A stretch of DNA of 64,000 bases from Octopus vulgaris. Its lineage: Eukaryota. The DNA lies in assembly GCA_951406725.2 (NCBI GenBank), contig OX597819.1, positions 39,184,001-39,248,000 on the forward strand, written 5' to 3'. Below are positions 1-12,992 of this stretch, piece by piece; position 1 is the stretch's first letter, and each line of letters starts with the position of its first letter. A program made the position numbers and the translations under genes. The notes beneath the pieces are model-generated. The model was given only the letters and a program-made list of their open reading frames with translations, did no database searches and was not told the origin of the DNA.

Positions 1-64
1 GCCGCAGTCAAATGACTGAAACAAGTAAAAGAGTAAAAGAGTAAAAGAGTAAAGAGTAAAGAGT
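1..64 (+). mobile_element. 3' end of tRNA-derived SINE family A
   Basis: GCCGCAGTCAAATGACTGAAACAAG followed by an (AAAAGAGT)n tail; reverse complement of the ends of copies at 781 and 43218. Confidence 0.8.
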
Positions 65-780
65 ATATAGATATCATAAAACTAGTACGCTGTGTTACAG
101 TAGGCTTCTGTGGATTTCAAAACCACAGTTTCATGAACAGGTTTCACCTGTTTTACTGCTTCTGATAATTCCCTTTTGCTATATTGTTTATAGATATCAT
201 AAAACTATGAAAAAATCAGGCATCATAATGTTGATACCTATGTAAAGGAACTGTCTAGAACAGGTTGTGTCTTTTGCACTGTTTGGGTGCAACACAATTT
301 CCTTCTTTGTTTCCAAAAACTACCGGTGTCAGGAACAAGAAAGCAACCTTAAAGAATATGACACTTTATTTCGTTATTTAGATAAAGAAGGCACGTTGGT
401 AAATTGGTAACCACTTGGTGTAGGTACAGCAAGACTGAAGTTAAACATTTGTAAAGATAAACCTCACAACAACACCAGCAGCAACAGAGCCGGTCAAATC
501 CCAAGCGTCTGGGACAGGGGAATAGGCTGATAACACGTTAAACACGTCTTCTCTCTTCAACGAACGCCACAGAATTCTCCTACCCAGTTTTTAGCGCATG
601 TGCATTAGGGAACTTCCTTAGGCCTTTCCAGAAGGTTCCAGCTCCGCACACGCACACTGAAGAATGACGTCACTACACCTACAATAGATTTTGAATTGTG
701 TGCAATAAAGATTTCAAAATGTATCACTTGATGCGCTCGGATCTTCTTGTGTTAATATTTTGTTGTTCTTCAAACATTTT

Positions 781-984
781 TTCTTTTATTCTTTTATTTG
801 TTTCAGTCATTTGACTGCAGCCATGCTGGAGCACCGCCTTTAGTCGAGCAAATCGACCCCAGGACTTATTCTTTGTAAGCCTAGTATTTATTCAATCGGT
901 CTCTCTTGCCGAACCACTAAGTTAGTGGGACGCAAACACACCAGCATCGGTTGTCAAGCGATGTTGGGGGAACAAACAAACAAA

Positions 985-1054
<70 letters not shown>

Positions 1055-1216
1055 ACAGGCTTCTTTCAGTTCCCGTCTACTAAATCCACTCACATGGCTT
1101 TGGTCGGCCCGAGGCTATAGTAGAAGACACTTGCCTAAGGGGCCACGCAGTGGGACTGAACCCGGAACCAGGTGGTCGGTAAGCAAGCTACTTACCACAC
1201 AGCCACTCCTGCGCCT
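781..1216 (-). mobile_element. tRNA-derived SINE family A, full length, with internal (CA)/(TA) microsatellite
   Basis: Minus-strand head AGGCGCAGGAGTGGCTGTGTGGTAAG (A box) and GGTTCAGTCCC (B box-like); homologous to 4100-5300 and 43218-49340. Confidence 0.9.
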
Positions 1217-1730
1217 AATTACAAAGAAAGGTTGCAAAAATACCTGGTGCATATATATACTGCTGAATATGATGACACCAACTTAGTTGTTATTTTTCGT
1301 GCGGATGGCGACCCTGGATCATTTACAGCTAACATAGTGTTAACATATTTATGGTAATTGGAAGAATAACCAGAAATGATTATGTGGAAGAGGACAAAAA
1401 TGGAATGTTAGTCAACAAATAAGATTATTTTAATTTTTTGAAGCAAATAAGAGAAACAACTCATGACCTGTTTTGATATTATCATGGCCTCATCAGCACG
1501 GACTTTTAAACATTTTTCGTAATCCATTAATCCTATGAGCATTATATTTTCTTCATTTCAATCTATTTCAGAGTTTGATATGTATGAAAACAGCGCGTAA
1601 GTTTATGCAAGAAAGTCTGCCATTTGCATAGAAATCAAATTCGTGTTGGGTTTCAGTAAGTGACTGTTAAGAATAAGATTAACTTTTATTTTTTTTAAAT
1701 TAACACACACACACACACACACACCTGCGC

Positions 1731-1776
<46 letters not shown>

Positions 1777-1899
1777 CCCCTCCTTTCTCTCTCATTTGTA
1801 GCGGTCATTCCATCCAATCAATTCTACCAGGCTTGTTGAAATTATTCCTATTTCAACAATTTAAAACTCTAGTAAACTCTATTTTGTGACTATTTATTG

Positions 1900-3345
1900 T
1901 ATTTCAGATTGAAAACAAAGCAATTCGTTGCTGTTCTTGAAAATGAAAGAAATAATGCGATAAAATACGCTTAAACGAATCTTGGAAGGAATACTGTGTG
2001 CATATTCTTCAAGACCATACCTTCTTCAAGTACAATGGCAAATTACCTTGAAGGGAGGTGGAATACATAGTCTATAGTGATTTCACCATATTAGACGAGT
2101 TAGCTGCAGCACTCATACTAATAATGACTGACTGCAAACGAAGAATAGGTGGATTGCATGCTAAAACGATTTATACTGTACAGTTGGCTGAAATGGTTTC
2201 TCTATAATCTCTGTGAAACTAGAAACATGGTTAAAGATGATTAAGTGGATGGAGAGGAATATTGTTGTCATTGTCCTAAGCAGCTTCTTTTTCTATACAA
2301 ATCGGTCCCTACAGAAAACATCTGCGGAAGTCCATTGGCAATATGAACGAACTATAAGAATAAATGTGATTTTGTTCTTCATGCATCATTACACCTTGTC
2401 ATAGTCACCGTTGAAAGTTTTGATTAATTAAACCAACGCTCAAAACTAAAGTAACAGATATAGCTGCAGTTGCATTATGCTGTCTTCTACCTAAATTAAA
2501 GATATGTCAGCAGAACGCGGTTGCATCTATAACGGAGTTGAAAACGAATGCCAACTTTATTACAATACTTTTATTTAGGAACGTTTACACAGCTCTATCT
2601 AAATTTTACAACAGAATCTTGGGATGAAATTTGTCAAAATTATACAAAAGAAATATCGTGGAATCTTGGAAAATACAACAGAAACTAAAATTAATTTGCT
2701 ATATATTCCTTGTAACCACGATTATTAAGGATTTTAGTTTGTTCAGGTTAGGAAGAAAATCACTTGAATTATTAACCTAAGATTGTAACAAAGAAATATT
2801 TCAGTAATGTTCGATAAACTTTCGAGGTCGTTACAAATGCAAGGCTCCCACCATAACTGAAGCTCAACAACTACGACTAGCAACTGCCGTGTCAAGTTAA
2901 ACCGCGAATGGTATGACATCAATTAAAGGCCATTTTGAGTTTGACATCACATTAAATACAAAATAACAGAACAGTGTAAAATATGGGAAAATATAACACT
3001 TCAATCATTGTATTGGCATGAATAATTAATTCACAGATGCAACGTCAATGACAAATATAGTCGTCTTTGAATGCATTCTTCAGATTTAGTATTGAACAGC
3101 ACTTAAAACAAGGATAAGAAACTTCTTTTTGTAATGACCCACTTGTGTATTATATCATAACTTAACATATTACCATGTATCTCATGTTTCAATCACCGGC
3201 AATTCTTATGCAAGAAAAGCAAAATTAAATAAATGGTGACGCAAGCGATGATCTAAAAACCATTAAATTATTTATTATTTAGAAAAGATCTGTGAACTAC
3301 AGAAAACGCCTTAGTGAGCCACAGTGCACCTGCTGCCAACCTCTA
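1900..3345 (+). mobile_element. possible very old hAT (Charlie/Buster-like) relic
   Basis: Decayed frame ending in QGSH near 2840-2850 and a hAT-like end GTGCACCTGCTGCCAACCTCT near 3325-3345; boundaries approximate. Confidence 0.25.
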
Positions 3346-3629
3346 ACTAATACATGGTTTCAAATAATCAAAACAGAATAAGGTCGTCACTGCTTTTCAT
3401 ATAGTCATTGCATTAGTGTTTAACATGTATATTACTGTCTCCTTCTGTCGAGCACGAAATTGTAGATTCTACATGCACTGTCAATTAGGTGTAATATTGT
3501 ACGACCATAATGTATCTCAAAGTTTGTGGAGTCGGTGGAATCAGACCCCGCATAAATATACAGTGGTAGTTGCTGTTAACACACTAATCCACATCATATT
3601 TATTTGTAGAACCTAGAGGCTTATTAAAT

Positions 3630-4030
3630 ATTCTTTTCTACTTTAGGCACAAGGCCTGAAATTTTGAGGGAGGGGGCAGTCGATTAGATCGATCCCAGTA
3701 CGCAACTAGTACTTAACTTATCGACCCCGAAAGGATGATAGGCAAAGTCGACCTCGGCAAAATTTGAACTCAAAACGTAGCGGTAGACGAAATGCCTATT
3801 TCTTTACTACCCACAAGGGGCTACACACAGAGGGGACAAACAAGAACAGACAAACGGAAAAAAGTCGATTATATCGACCCCAGTGCGTGACTGGTACTTA
3901 TTTAATCGATCCCGAAAGGATGAAAGGCAAAGTCGACCTCGGCGGAATTTGAACTCAGAACGTAGCGGCAGACGAAATAGCGCTAAGCATTTCGCCCAGC
4001 GTACTAACGTTTCTGCCAGCTCGCCGCCTT
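3630..4030 (-). mobile_element. dimeric tRNA-derived SINE family B
   Basis: Head GGCGGCGAGCTGGCAGAAACG, B box GAGTTCAAATTC, and central GCCTTTCATCCTTTCGGG(G/A)TCGAT domain present twice, each followed by a different tail; the central domain resembles the Meta/MESC SINE domain from memory. Confidence 0.85.
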
Positions 4031-4099
4031 AGGTCTATTAAATATCGTAAGCGTGACTAGATGTATTTTAAAGTGTTGAAAAGTCAGTAAGACACCCAT

Positions 4100-5300
4100 C
4101 TTATCTTTTATCTTTTACTTGTTTACTTGGAGCACCGCCTTGAATAATTTCAGTCGAACGAATCAACGCTGGTACTTTTTTAAAAATCTGATACTTATCC
4201 TATCGGTCTTTTTGCCGAGCCGCTAAGTTACTGGGTCGAAAACACATCAACACAGGTTGTCAAGCGGTGGCGGAGGACAAACACAGACACAAATACACAT
4301 ACACATACATATACTAATCGAAGTGTACAATATTACATATCCATTACGGCCGATCTTACCAATTGGTTTCGCACTAGGGGATCAACGGTGTATTAGGTAA
4401 CTGTCCGATTATGTGACCTTGTGCTCTTCAGAGGTAGCCGTTTTGGAATGAAATATGGCGACTGCTCTCTATTGTTGGAGGTGAACATCCGGTTGGTAGT
4501 TGTTGTGAAGAAGATGAAACCAATCGAACAGGGAATTAAGTTAAGAGTTATGTCCCTTGGTATCAAAAACATCATCACTGGGGGTAGTTTTGTTGTAAGT
4601 CGGCGAGAGGTTTCTGAAAAAAGTTTTATGAGAAATTCGTGTATCTTTAAGGTTGGTGTTCTTGTAGAAATGGTATGTGAGTATGATGCAATATGTATAG
4701 CATTTTCGGGTGGTGGGTATACATGTCTATGTTCGTTAGCGTGTTTTCTTTCTTTTGTTTTGGTTAAATTCTGGGAGCAGTTATGTATGCATGATACGGC
4801 GTGTGTAGGGGTACAATATGCGAGGGAGCTTATATTTGGAGTGATAGGAAAAGGTATATTGGGTAGATGTCTGCTGTGCTGGTGTATTTGTGTTTGTTTG
4901 TGGGTGCGTTAGTGTATGCTTTGGTAAAACTCTTTGCTCGACTCCCAGGTATTGCTGGAGGGCAGAAATTAGAGCACTGGTGACTATAGTCATGATGGGG
5001 TACGCAAGTATGATAGGATGTACTTCCTTTCATGTGGGCAAGGATAAGCATTTCACTTCTGTTGTTCAGGTTGATGCATGGGTACTGGGAGCTCTTTAAA
5101 ATCGCTCTTTTCCCAGCCAGGCATATAGATATATATATAAATACGACAGGCTTCTTTCGGTTTCTGTCTTCCAAGTCCATTTACAAGGCTTTGGTTGACC
5201 AAGGGCTATAGTAGAAGACACTAGCCCAAAATACCATGCAGGGAGACTGAAGCCGGTTCCATGTGGTTAGGAAGCAAACATTTTACCACAGTCACGCCTG
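4100..5300 (-). mobile_element. SINE family A split by an ~800-bp insertion in its internal microsatellite
   Basis: 3' half at 4100-4314 and 5' half at ~5125-5300 are both colinear with 781-1216. Confidence 0.8.
4346..4441 (-). ncRNA. type-I hammerhead ribozyme-like motif within the 4315-5121 insert
   Basis: CTGAAGA-GCAC..(long loop)..GTGC-GAAA-CCAATTGG-TA; palindromic stem III; stem I imperfect (ACGGC/GCCGT distal). Confidence 0.65.
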
Positions 5301-7234
5301 CATGCACACAAACACGCACGCACACATACAGATAAACTAATAAAAGAAATGCATTTAAATTCACTTCTTCACATACATCTCGTGCAGAGACCATTTTAGC
5401 TACATAACTTTTATCTAACTGTGAAGACTATGTATATTACTGGTATTTCGTCTACTCTAGCCAAACGAGAATCAAGGGGAAAGGTTTCGAATTCAGAACA
5501 GAGATAACTATCAACTAGTCAAAAAATTTTTTTGAATTCAAGCTGGAAGAGCAATTAGTCTCACTCCAAGTTTAATAAAATCGTTTTGCGCTTTCAAAGA
5601 AAATCTTTAACTTTCTTCAAATCGTAGCACAAAGCGCCTGCATCATACAAAATACTTCGTGATATTTGTTCTGGCCTTTCACGCCTTTAACCCTAACCCT
5701 AACCCTAATTTTCATTATTGTGGGGTTGATAAAATACAGTACAAGTCCAGAACGGTGGACTGGTGGAATAGGATTTTAAGTGCACTGAACAAAATACCTT
5801 GTGCTGCATTTTCCAGCTTCTTACGTTCCGAGTTGACCTGCGACGAACCTCGTGTCATACAGTATCATTTCTTGCCTTTCTCTTGAGCAAAATATCGATG
5901 ACATGGAGAGAACATGCTGCAGGATAAACTACTGGGCTTCTATAACAGTCTTTGCTAAGGCCTGCACCTAGGTGCAATATTTTTAATAATATAATTTCGT
6001 CATTTAAAATTTTTTTTATGTGGATGCAGCTTTTTATGTTCGGTGGCACTCAAACCCAAAAACACCGAAAAACGCCTTTATGATAAGGCGTAATCAATCA
6101 TGACTCTATGTAGCAAATAAAACGCTGTCACTCTGAAAAGTCAATATAAATATTGTCAGTTTTAGAAAAATAATTATTTGAATATCTAGATGTATAGAAA
6201 CTTAAAATGTTAAAGAATTCACGATGAAATTGTAAACATTACCACAAAACTAGTGTATTTAGTCAACGAATATTTGAAAGACATAGCCGTTTCCCCAGCT
6301 ACAGATGCATACATACAGATGTGTGATTACGTGTGCGTGCGCGCGCGCGTGTGTACCCGCGTGTGTTTTATACAATTCGTTCGTGGTTCTTGTGTAGTGT
6401 ATGTATGTGCGAATGTATGTGTGTGTTTGTGTGTGTGTATGTTTGTGTATGTGAGTGTGTGTGTTTGGTTTGTAGGGGACAGCTTCTATAATTGCAATAC
6501 TTTGCCTCTAGACTCCCAAGAGTTATGCGAAGACACATCCATATATACGCACATATAAACACACATACGTACAACAAACATACACGCACACACAGAAATA
6601 CACACACAGACACACACAATAATACACAAATGCGTACGCACATATTCATAATCACACATACACATATTCATAAGCACACATATACGCACGAATGAAAAGA
6701 CAATCTCACATATGTATATACATTCACACACATAAGAACATCTATATATACATACAAGTATCCATACATAGATACGCGCACGTACATACTTATATTAACG
6801 TATATACATCCTTACAAACACATAAGCACACACACACACATTCATATATATATATACATACACATGCACAATTACACATAAATATACGCATAGACAACTA
6901 CTTGGTGCAAAAGATATTACTGTACAGAATATTATGTGTGTGTGTGTGCATAGGTGTATACGTATATCTGTGCATGAGTTATGTGTCTGTGTGATTGAAT
7001 TTGTGTGTGCATATACAGAATGTTCGGACTAAATTTGTCAGCTTGCATAGAAGGCAAAGAAAACACAATAAGTATTTTTTAAATCAAAAACTATCAACTA
7101 GATTATGGCTGAGAGATAACAATTTACACAAAATAGTCGCTCTCAGCTTTCACCACAGTCTCAAGGCGACCGTAGAACCGTAGAACCTAGCGCATGTGTT
7201 CCTAGCGCAGAGCAGTTGGTGTCTTTCTCAACAG

Positions 7235-7292
<58 letters not shown>

Positions 7293-7344
7293 ACGCACAC
7301 ACAAACACACACACACACTCACACACACACACACATTTACATAC

Positions 7345-7830
7345 TCTCCGATAATCACTTTTAACCGCATCCTGTCAAAGGAGAGAATTGTCAACGTTTC
7401 GAGCATAGGTGGTCGTCGGAAAGAGAAAAGTCCAACGAGAAAGAAGGAAAAATAAGGAAAAATCGCCAACAATCCACGTGCGGTTAAATTTCTGAAGTGA
7501 CCGGAAGTGGAAGGAGGGAGAGAAAGTGGTTTCTGGGAAAGGAAAGTATGATGATGGTCAGTGTCTGTGTGTGTGTGTGTGTGCGTGTGTGTGTGCGTGC
7601 GTCAAAGGGAGAGAAGGATGAGGTAGAGTGTGTGAGGGTGCATTGGTGTAGCCAAGGGTATGCGTTTTATGTGTGCGTGCACACGAGTATGTGTGCATGC
7701 GTTCGTGTGTGTGGGGGGGGATGCATGTGTGTGTGTGTGTGTGTTTGTGTGCGCATCGGGTGTGTACGTGTCTGCATGTGTGTGCGGAAGGGTGTGAGTC
7801 TGCCCATTAATTTTCTATGAGTTTGTGTAA
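7345..7830 (-). mobile_element. PLE pseudo-LTR-like fragment with degenerate hammerhead (7389-7423)
   Basis: Minus strand CCGACGA..GCTCGAAACGTT; flanks homologous to 26926-27165. Confidence 0.5.
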
Positions 7831-7864
7831 GTTTGCTCTGATAATATATAAATATCTATAAGGG

Positions 7865-8072
7865 AAAATCGTTTGCACGCCGGGCGAAATGCTTTGGCGA
7901 TATTTCGTCTGTGTTCATGTTCTGAGTTCAAATGCCGCCGGGTCGATTTTGCCTTTCATCCTTTCGGGGTCGATAAATTAGGTACCGGCGAAACGCTGAA
8001 GTCGATGTAATCGACATACCCCTCCCTCCACCCCCACCAATTTCAGGCCTTGTGCTTATAGCAGAAAGGAAT
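7865..8072 (+). mobile_element. SINE family B monomer (tail 2)
   Basis: GAGTTCAAAT B box, central domain, tail AATTTCAGGCCTTGTGC. Confidence 0.8.
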
Positions 8073-8147
8073 ATGTGAATATTTGTACTTGAATATTCAT
8101 CGTCTGAAAATTTTCCGTCCTTGCTTTCTGTTTACATATATACATGA

Positions 8148-8346
<199 letters not shown>

Positions 8347-8650
8347 TAAATCACAATAAGGGTGAAAAAAATTGAATATTAATTAATGACTTCAATTTAA
8401 AACACAAAGTGGTCTAGCGTATAAAAAAACTGGGATACAGTAAAAATTATTAATACAAATAATAAGAGAGAGTCCACCATGCGGTCACTCTAACGTATTT
8501 TTCGTTATTTTTCATTTGTCCTGCTCGCTTACATTCTTGGCGTGTTGAATTAATTCTTGAGAACAATTTTTTAGTGGCGGATTCCCTTTGCGGATCTATT
8601 TCTAGCGTTAGAGTGACCACATGGTGGACTCTCTCGTATTATTTGTATTA
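8347..8650. mobile_element. (TA)n-flanked element with 45-bp inverted arms (8451-8495 / 8606-8650), related to 26386-26830
   Basis: Shared AATAAGGGT..GTGGTCTAG start with the 26386 element; the internal part matches that element in inverted orientation. Confidence 0.6.
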
Positions 8651-8689
8651 TATATATATATATATTCCACTTCAGAAATGTAACTGCAG

Positions 8690-8965
8690 ATGGCTTGTTA
8701 GCAATTTTTCCTTAGTTTTCCTTCTTTCTCTTTGGACGGCATTTCATCTGACTTTACGATCTGAGCTGAAATTCTGCCGAGGTCGTCTTTTCGAGGTCGT
8801 CTTTGCTTTTCACCTTTTCGGGATCGACTTTCCTTTTCATCTTCTCGGGGTCAGCTTTGCTTTTCATCTTTTCGGGGGTTGATAAAGTTGATCACTGGGT
8901 TCGATGTAATCGACTAGCCCATCTTCCTATAATTGTTGGCCATGTACCAAAAACTGAAACTAACT
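8690..8965 (+). mobile_element. SINE family B with internally triplicated ~27-bp central-domain unit
   Basis: GTC..CTTTGCTTTTCA(C/T)CTTTTCGGG unit repeated about three times at 8795-8880. Confidence 0.6.
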
Positions 8966-11907
8966 TGAAACCAATATATAGACGCACAGTAAAATATGGA
9001 AACATAATTTTGAACAACTAAAACTTTATCTGTGTATATATTAGGCGTGCGAGAGTATAGCTGAGTATGAGTGTACGTATATCACACCCACACCCATGTA
9101 TTTTGGGAGCTTCCATATACTCAACTATGCTCGCTTCACCCTCCACCACCACCACCATCAGCCAAAAAATTCGAGGCTTTGCACCTATGTAATAAATCAA
9201 TATTTTATACATAGTAGCTTGTTAGAATCGGTTAAGAATCGGAAAGGAACATATCTTGTGGCATTTATTCAGTTTTCTTATATCCTAAGTTGGAATCCCG
9301 CTGAGGTCGATTTCGCTTTCATCTTTTCGAGTGGAGAGCAATAAAATAAAGTACCAGTTTAATTTTGAGGTTGATTGAATCGACTACAACCTCTTCCTAT
9401 CAAATTTCTACCGATTTCTAACATCGGCACGAAGCCGATGTAAGAAATCAATGTTTTTCTAGGTTATGGTTCATTGGCAGAAAAGAAAATGGTACAATGA
9501 CATACTAAATGAATTAGTCGATCTTCGATGTTTTGAGTTCAATGCTCGGCCGGAGTCGATAAAATAAACATCAGTATTGTTTTATTATATACTAAAGGAA
9601 ATTCGATCGAGTTCTGATTCGCCCTAACAGAAATTGGCCAAGTGCCGAATAAAAAGAAATCGATATTAATATTTCCTATAAATTTCCTTCACTTGAAGAG
9701 CAAAGAGAAAAGAAAGAAGCGTCCTACGCAAAGAATGTAAAAATGTTTTGTGCACTAGCTTTTCCAAAGTCACGTAGATGTAAGTGTGAGGAATTCGATT
9801 GTAGACTTTGGATCGAAAGGTTTTTGTCTTCGATTTACCATGTTTAGTGGCATTATGTAACATAATAACTAGATTTCGTTTTGGAGCGTGTTCAAATATT
9901 AAAAAAAGTAAACTACAATCAGCTATATTGCACATATCAACTAGTTGGTTTACCCGATAGAAACTGTGTATTTAAGTAGTATTAAATGTAAGGATTGTAT
10001 TGTTCTCTACGCGCGAATGAATGGAGAAAATATGCGTTTTATTAGAACCACTGCTTTAAGAGATAGCATTAACTAGAATGACTTTTACAAGTAAGTCAGC
10101 GGCAAGTTAATATTTTTGCTCTAACTGTTTAGTCAGAGAAGAAGATGCAACACCCATGTCCCTTTCCAGGATTTTGGATACTGATGGAAGAAGAGGATAG
10201 AGTTGTCCTCAAAGTGAGTACTTAATTTGAATACTCGCAAAAGGTTCCTATGAGCCAGATAGTTGTGTTAAACCGGTTTGTCCCCCTCCCCAATGCAAAG
10301 GAACAAATCCTCCGATGAGCTTCCATATTGGTCTTGACGAACAGTTTTAATTAACAAATCTTTGATCAATCTGAGGCAATGGTAGAAGACAATTTTCCAA
10401 ATTATTACGTAGTGAGAGCGATCCCAAAGTCATGTAATTCTGAAGTGAAACTCTTATGCACACAATCATGTCTGCACTGACTGGAAATCCAAAACTTGCA
10501 AAAGACTCGTCGATCGTCATTGAATTATTATAAATCTGAGATGATTTATGTATGAATAAATTTATGCATATCTCATCTCAAAACTTTTTCAGCAAACATA
10601 ATTCATTTGGCATGTAAATGTAGCAATGTAACTAATAGCCTCCTTTACAGAAAATGCCTGTCGAAGGAGCTAGTATATCGAACCAATGTAAAAATCAGTA
10701 GATGGCACGGATAAAAGATATATCAAATTAACTGAATTCTCCTTAAAAATCCGATATACACAGGATAACCATTCTTCCAGTTATCGAAATATATTTTGTA
10801 CCTAAATATCAGAGGAGAAAATAACCCCCCATGAAGTAAAAAGTGGCTACAAATACGAAACCATAGAACTGTCATGGCAATAATTGCAATTTATGTGCAA
10901 AGGAAAAGCACAAAATATTACTAGTAGTAATATCGGTCTTTTCTCTCACAGTGGTTGAAAAGTGGTTGGTATTTCGTTATAAATGTTCTTTTGTTAATGT
11001 GTTGCTTTTACCATGGTCATCGACAAATTGATTTTACGGAAAATCGTAAAATTTAATAGTTTCCTACCAGCACATGTGTCTATATGTGTATTGAGTCCTC
11101 TTTATCTATACTATAGTATATGGATTTGTGATCGGTGCTGAGACATACACTATCTTAACGACACCCGGTTTGCTCTGTGTAGTTTTCTCCACATCCTAAA
11201 TAATGTTATTGAATAAATCAAATTTTTTAGATGCACGGGTTAAGGAATTTTTTAATTTCTAATTCACCCCCTCGGTCATTTGGAACTAGACAGGTACTAC
11301 TGTTCCTATATATAGAACACAGCAAACATTGCAGAGGTGGGTTGCATCACTGAGGTTGCGAAATCACACCGAAACACCGTGACTGATAATTAGCTGAGGT
11401 CATTTGGCGAAACCTGTATTTTTACACGCAAAAATCTGTAGAGACTTATTCCTTCCACGTTATTGTTGTTTGAAGTCTCGAGACTTCAGATAGCAAGTTA
11501 AACGTTTTACTATATAAGCACCAAATTAGACGCTTTTCTCTGAGTGTTATTTATTGGAAGCTATGACATAATTCAGAAAAATGAAACCAAATACAGAAAA
11601 TTATAATTTTGTTTAAAGTCTATCGTAATATTTCAGCTTTTGGATGATTAAAAATATTCAAATATTCACAGGTGAACAGTGTTTTTCTTAGGACTTGAAG
11701 TGTGCACATGAGAACGCTGATAATTTTAGGTCTCCTCGTATTTGATCAACGTATTTAAGATCATCTTTGGATATGATCGTCAAAGCTCCGATAATCACAA
11801 TTACTGTTGTCGTTCTTAGAAACCACATTTTTTGAAATCTCTTTTTCAAGGGTTTTGTATTTACTTCACTTTTCGAACGTTTTCATTGAGGTGTTACATC
11901 TGCTAGG

Positions 11908-11986
<79 letters not shown>

Positions 11987-11988
<2 letters not shown>

Positions 11989-12200
11989 CGGGGAGCTTTA
12001 TGAAAATAAACAAAAGACGAAGGCAGGTGGAATACAAACAAACAATTGTATTAGTATGGCGCTCAGGAATATAAATAAAACAAGTCTTTTACGTTTCGAG
12101 CCTACGCTCTTCAACAGAAAGATACACAGAAAAGAAACACAGAAAGAAACAAGGAGAGAAAAAAAATGTGCGTGCAGAGGCAAAAAAAGGATAATATATG
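11987..12200 (-). mobile_element. short (TA)n-abutting element with minimal hammerhead-like motif at 12085-12122
   Basis: TCTTT-CTGTTGA-A-GAGC-GTAG-GCTC-GAAA-CG-TA-AAAGA: 5-bp stem I, 4-bp stem II, ACGT stem III; core A6 changed to U. Confidence 0.7.
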
Positions 12201-12992
12201 AGAAAATAAAATAAAACGAACGGGACAGTTTATACGAACAAGTTCAAGGTTGAGAGTTCAAGGTTAAAAATGTATAGACGTCGTGGTATATTTTTTAAGG
12301 ATATATATATATTTGTTAATAAAATATGCTTTGTTAATGTGATCTTTCACATTAAACGACTCGTAAAATTGCTGGCCTTGGATCTAAAGTGGGTCAAGAT
12401 GCTTGAGTCTGCTTTCAACTGCATGGGCACCTGTAAATCATTAGTGATGGCATGGTATACACTCAGGCCAAGTCTTCGATAGAAAGTGTAGTAGGAGGAG
12501 GAGGAGGAGCTGCAGCAGCAGCAGCAATTGTAGTAGTAGAATGTGTGCGCGTGCTTGTCTATGTGTGGATTATGGCCTAGTGATTTAGAGTGTTAGACTC
12601 GTCATCACGCGGTCGTATGTTTGATTGCTGAACTTGACGGCATGTTATGCCTTCCAACAAAGCGCTTCATTTTACGTTGCTCCAATCTATTCAATCGAAA
12701 ACGAGCATTAGCTACGGAGCGCAACCCTTTCTCTTTCCACTGAATTAAAGGGTAGGATGGTCGAGAGGATGTCCATGACTATTCACGACTATGTAGATTA
12801 CATTCTACCTGGTTATACTCTTACTAGTAATGGTTATGGTTCTGTGTGTATGTGTGAGCATATATATTACGCATACATGTATGTTCATATATATCATATA
12901 TATATATATATATGTGTGTGTATGTAAATATATGTGTAATATATACGTATATGTACATACATACATATCATATACGTACACACATACATATA

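Noticed and set aside
255-347. Minus-strand 30-codon frame VAFLFLTPVVFGNKEGNCVAPKQCKRHNLF after a possible TTTAAG acceptor
   Set aside because: Only a superficial resemblance to the end of a Cys-rich domain; too short and unsupported
1244-1328. Possible minus-strand exon (VNDPGSPSARKITTKL..) with CAG|GTATTT donor
   Set aside because: Weak acceptor and no recognisable protein
5689-5708. (CCCTAA)x3 telomere-like repeat
   Set aside because: Too short and embedded in degraded repeat sequence; not a telomere
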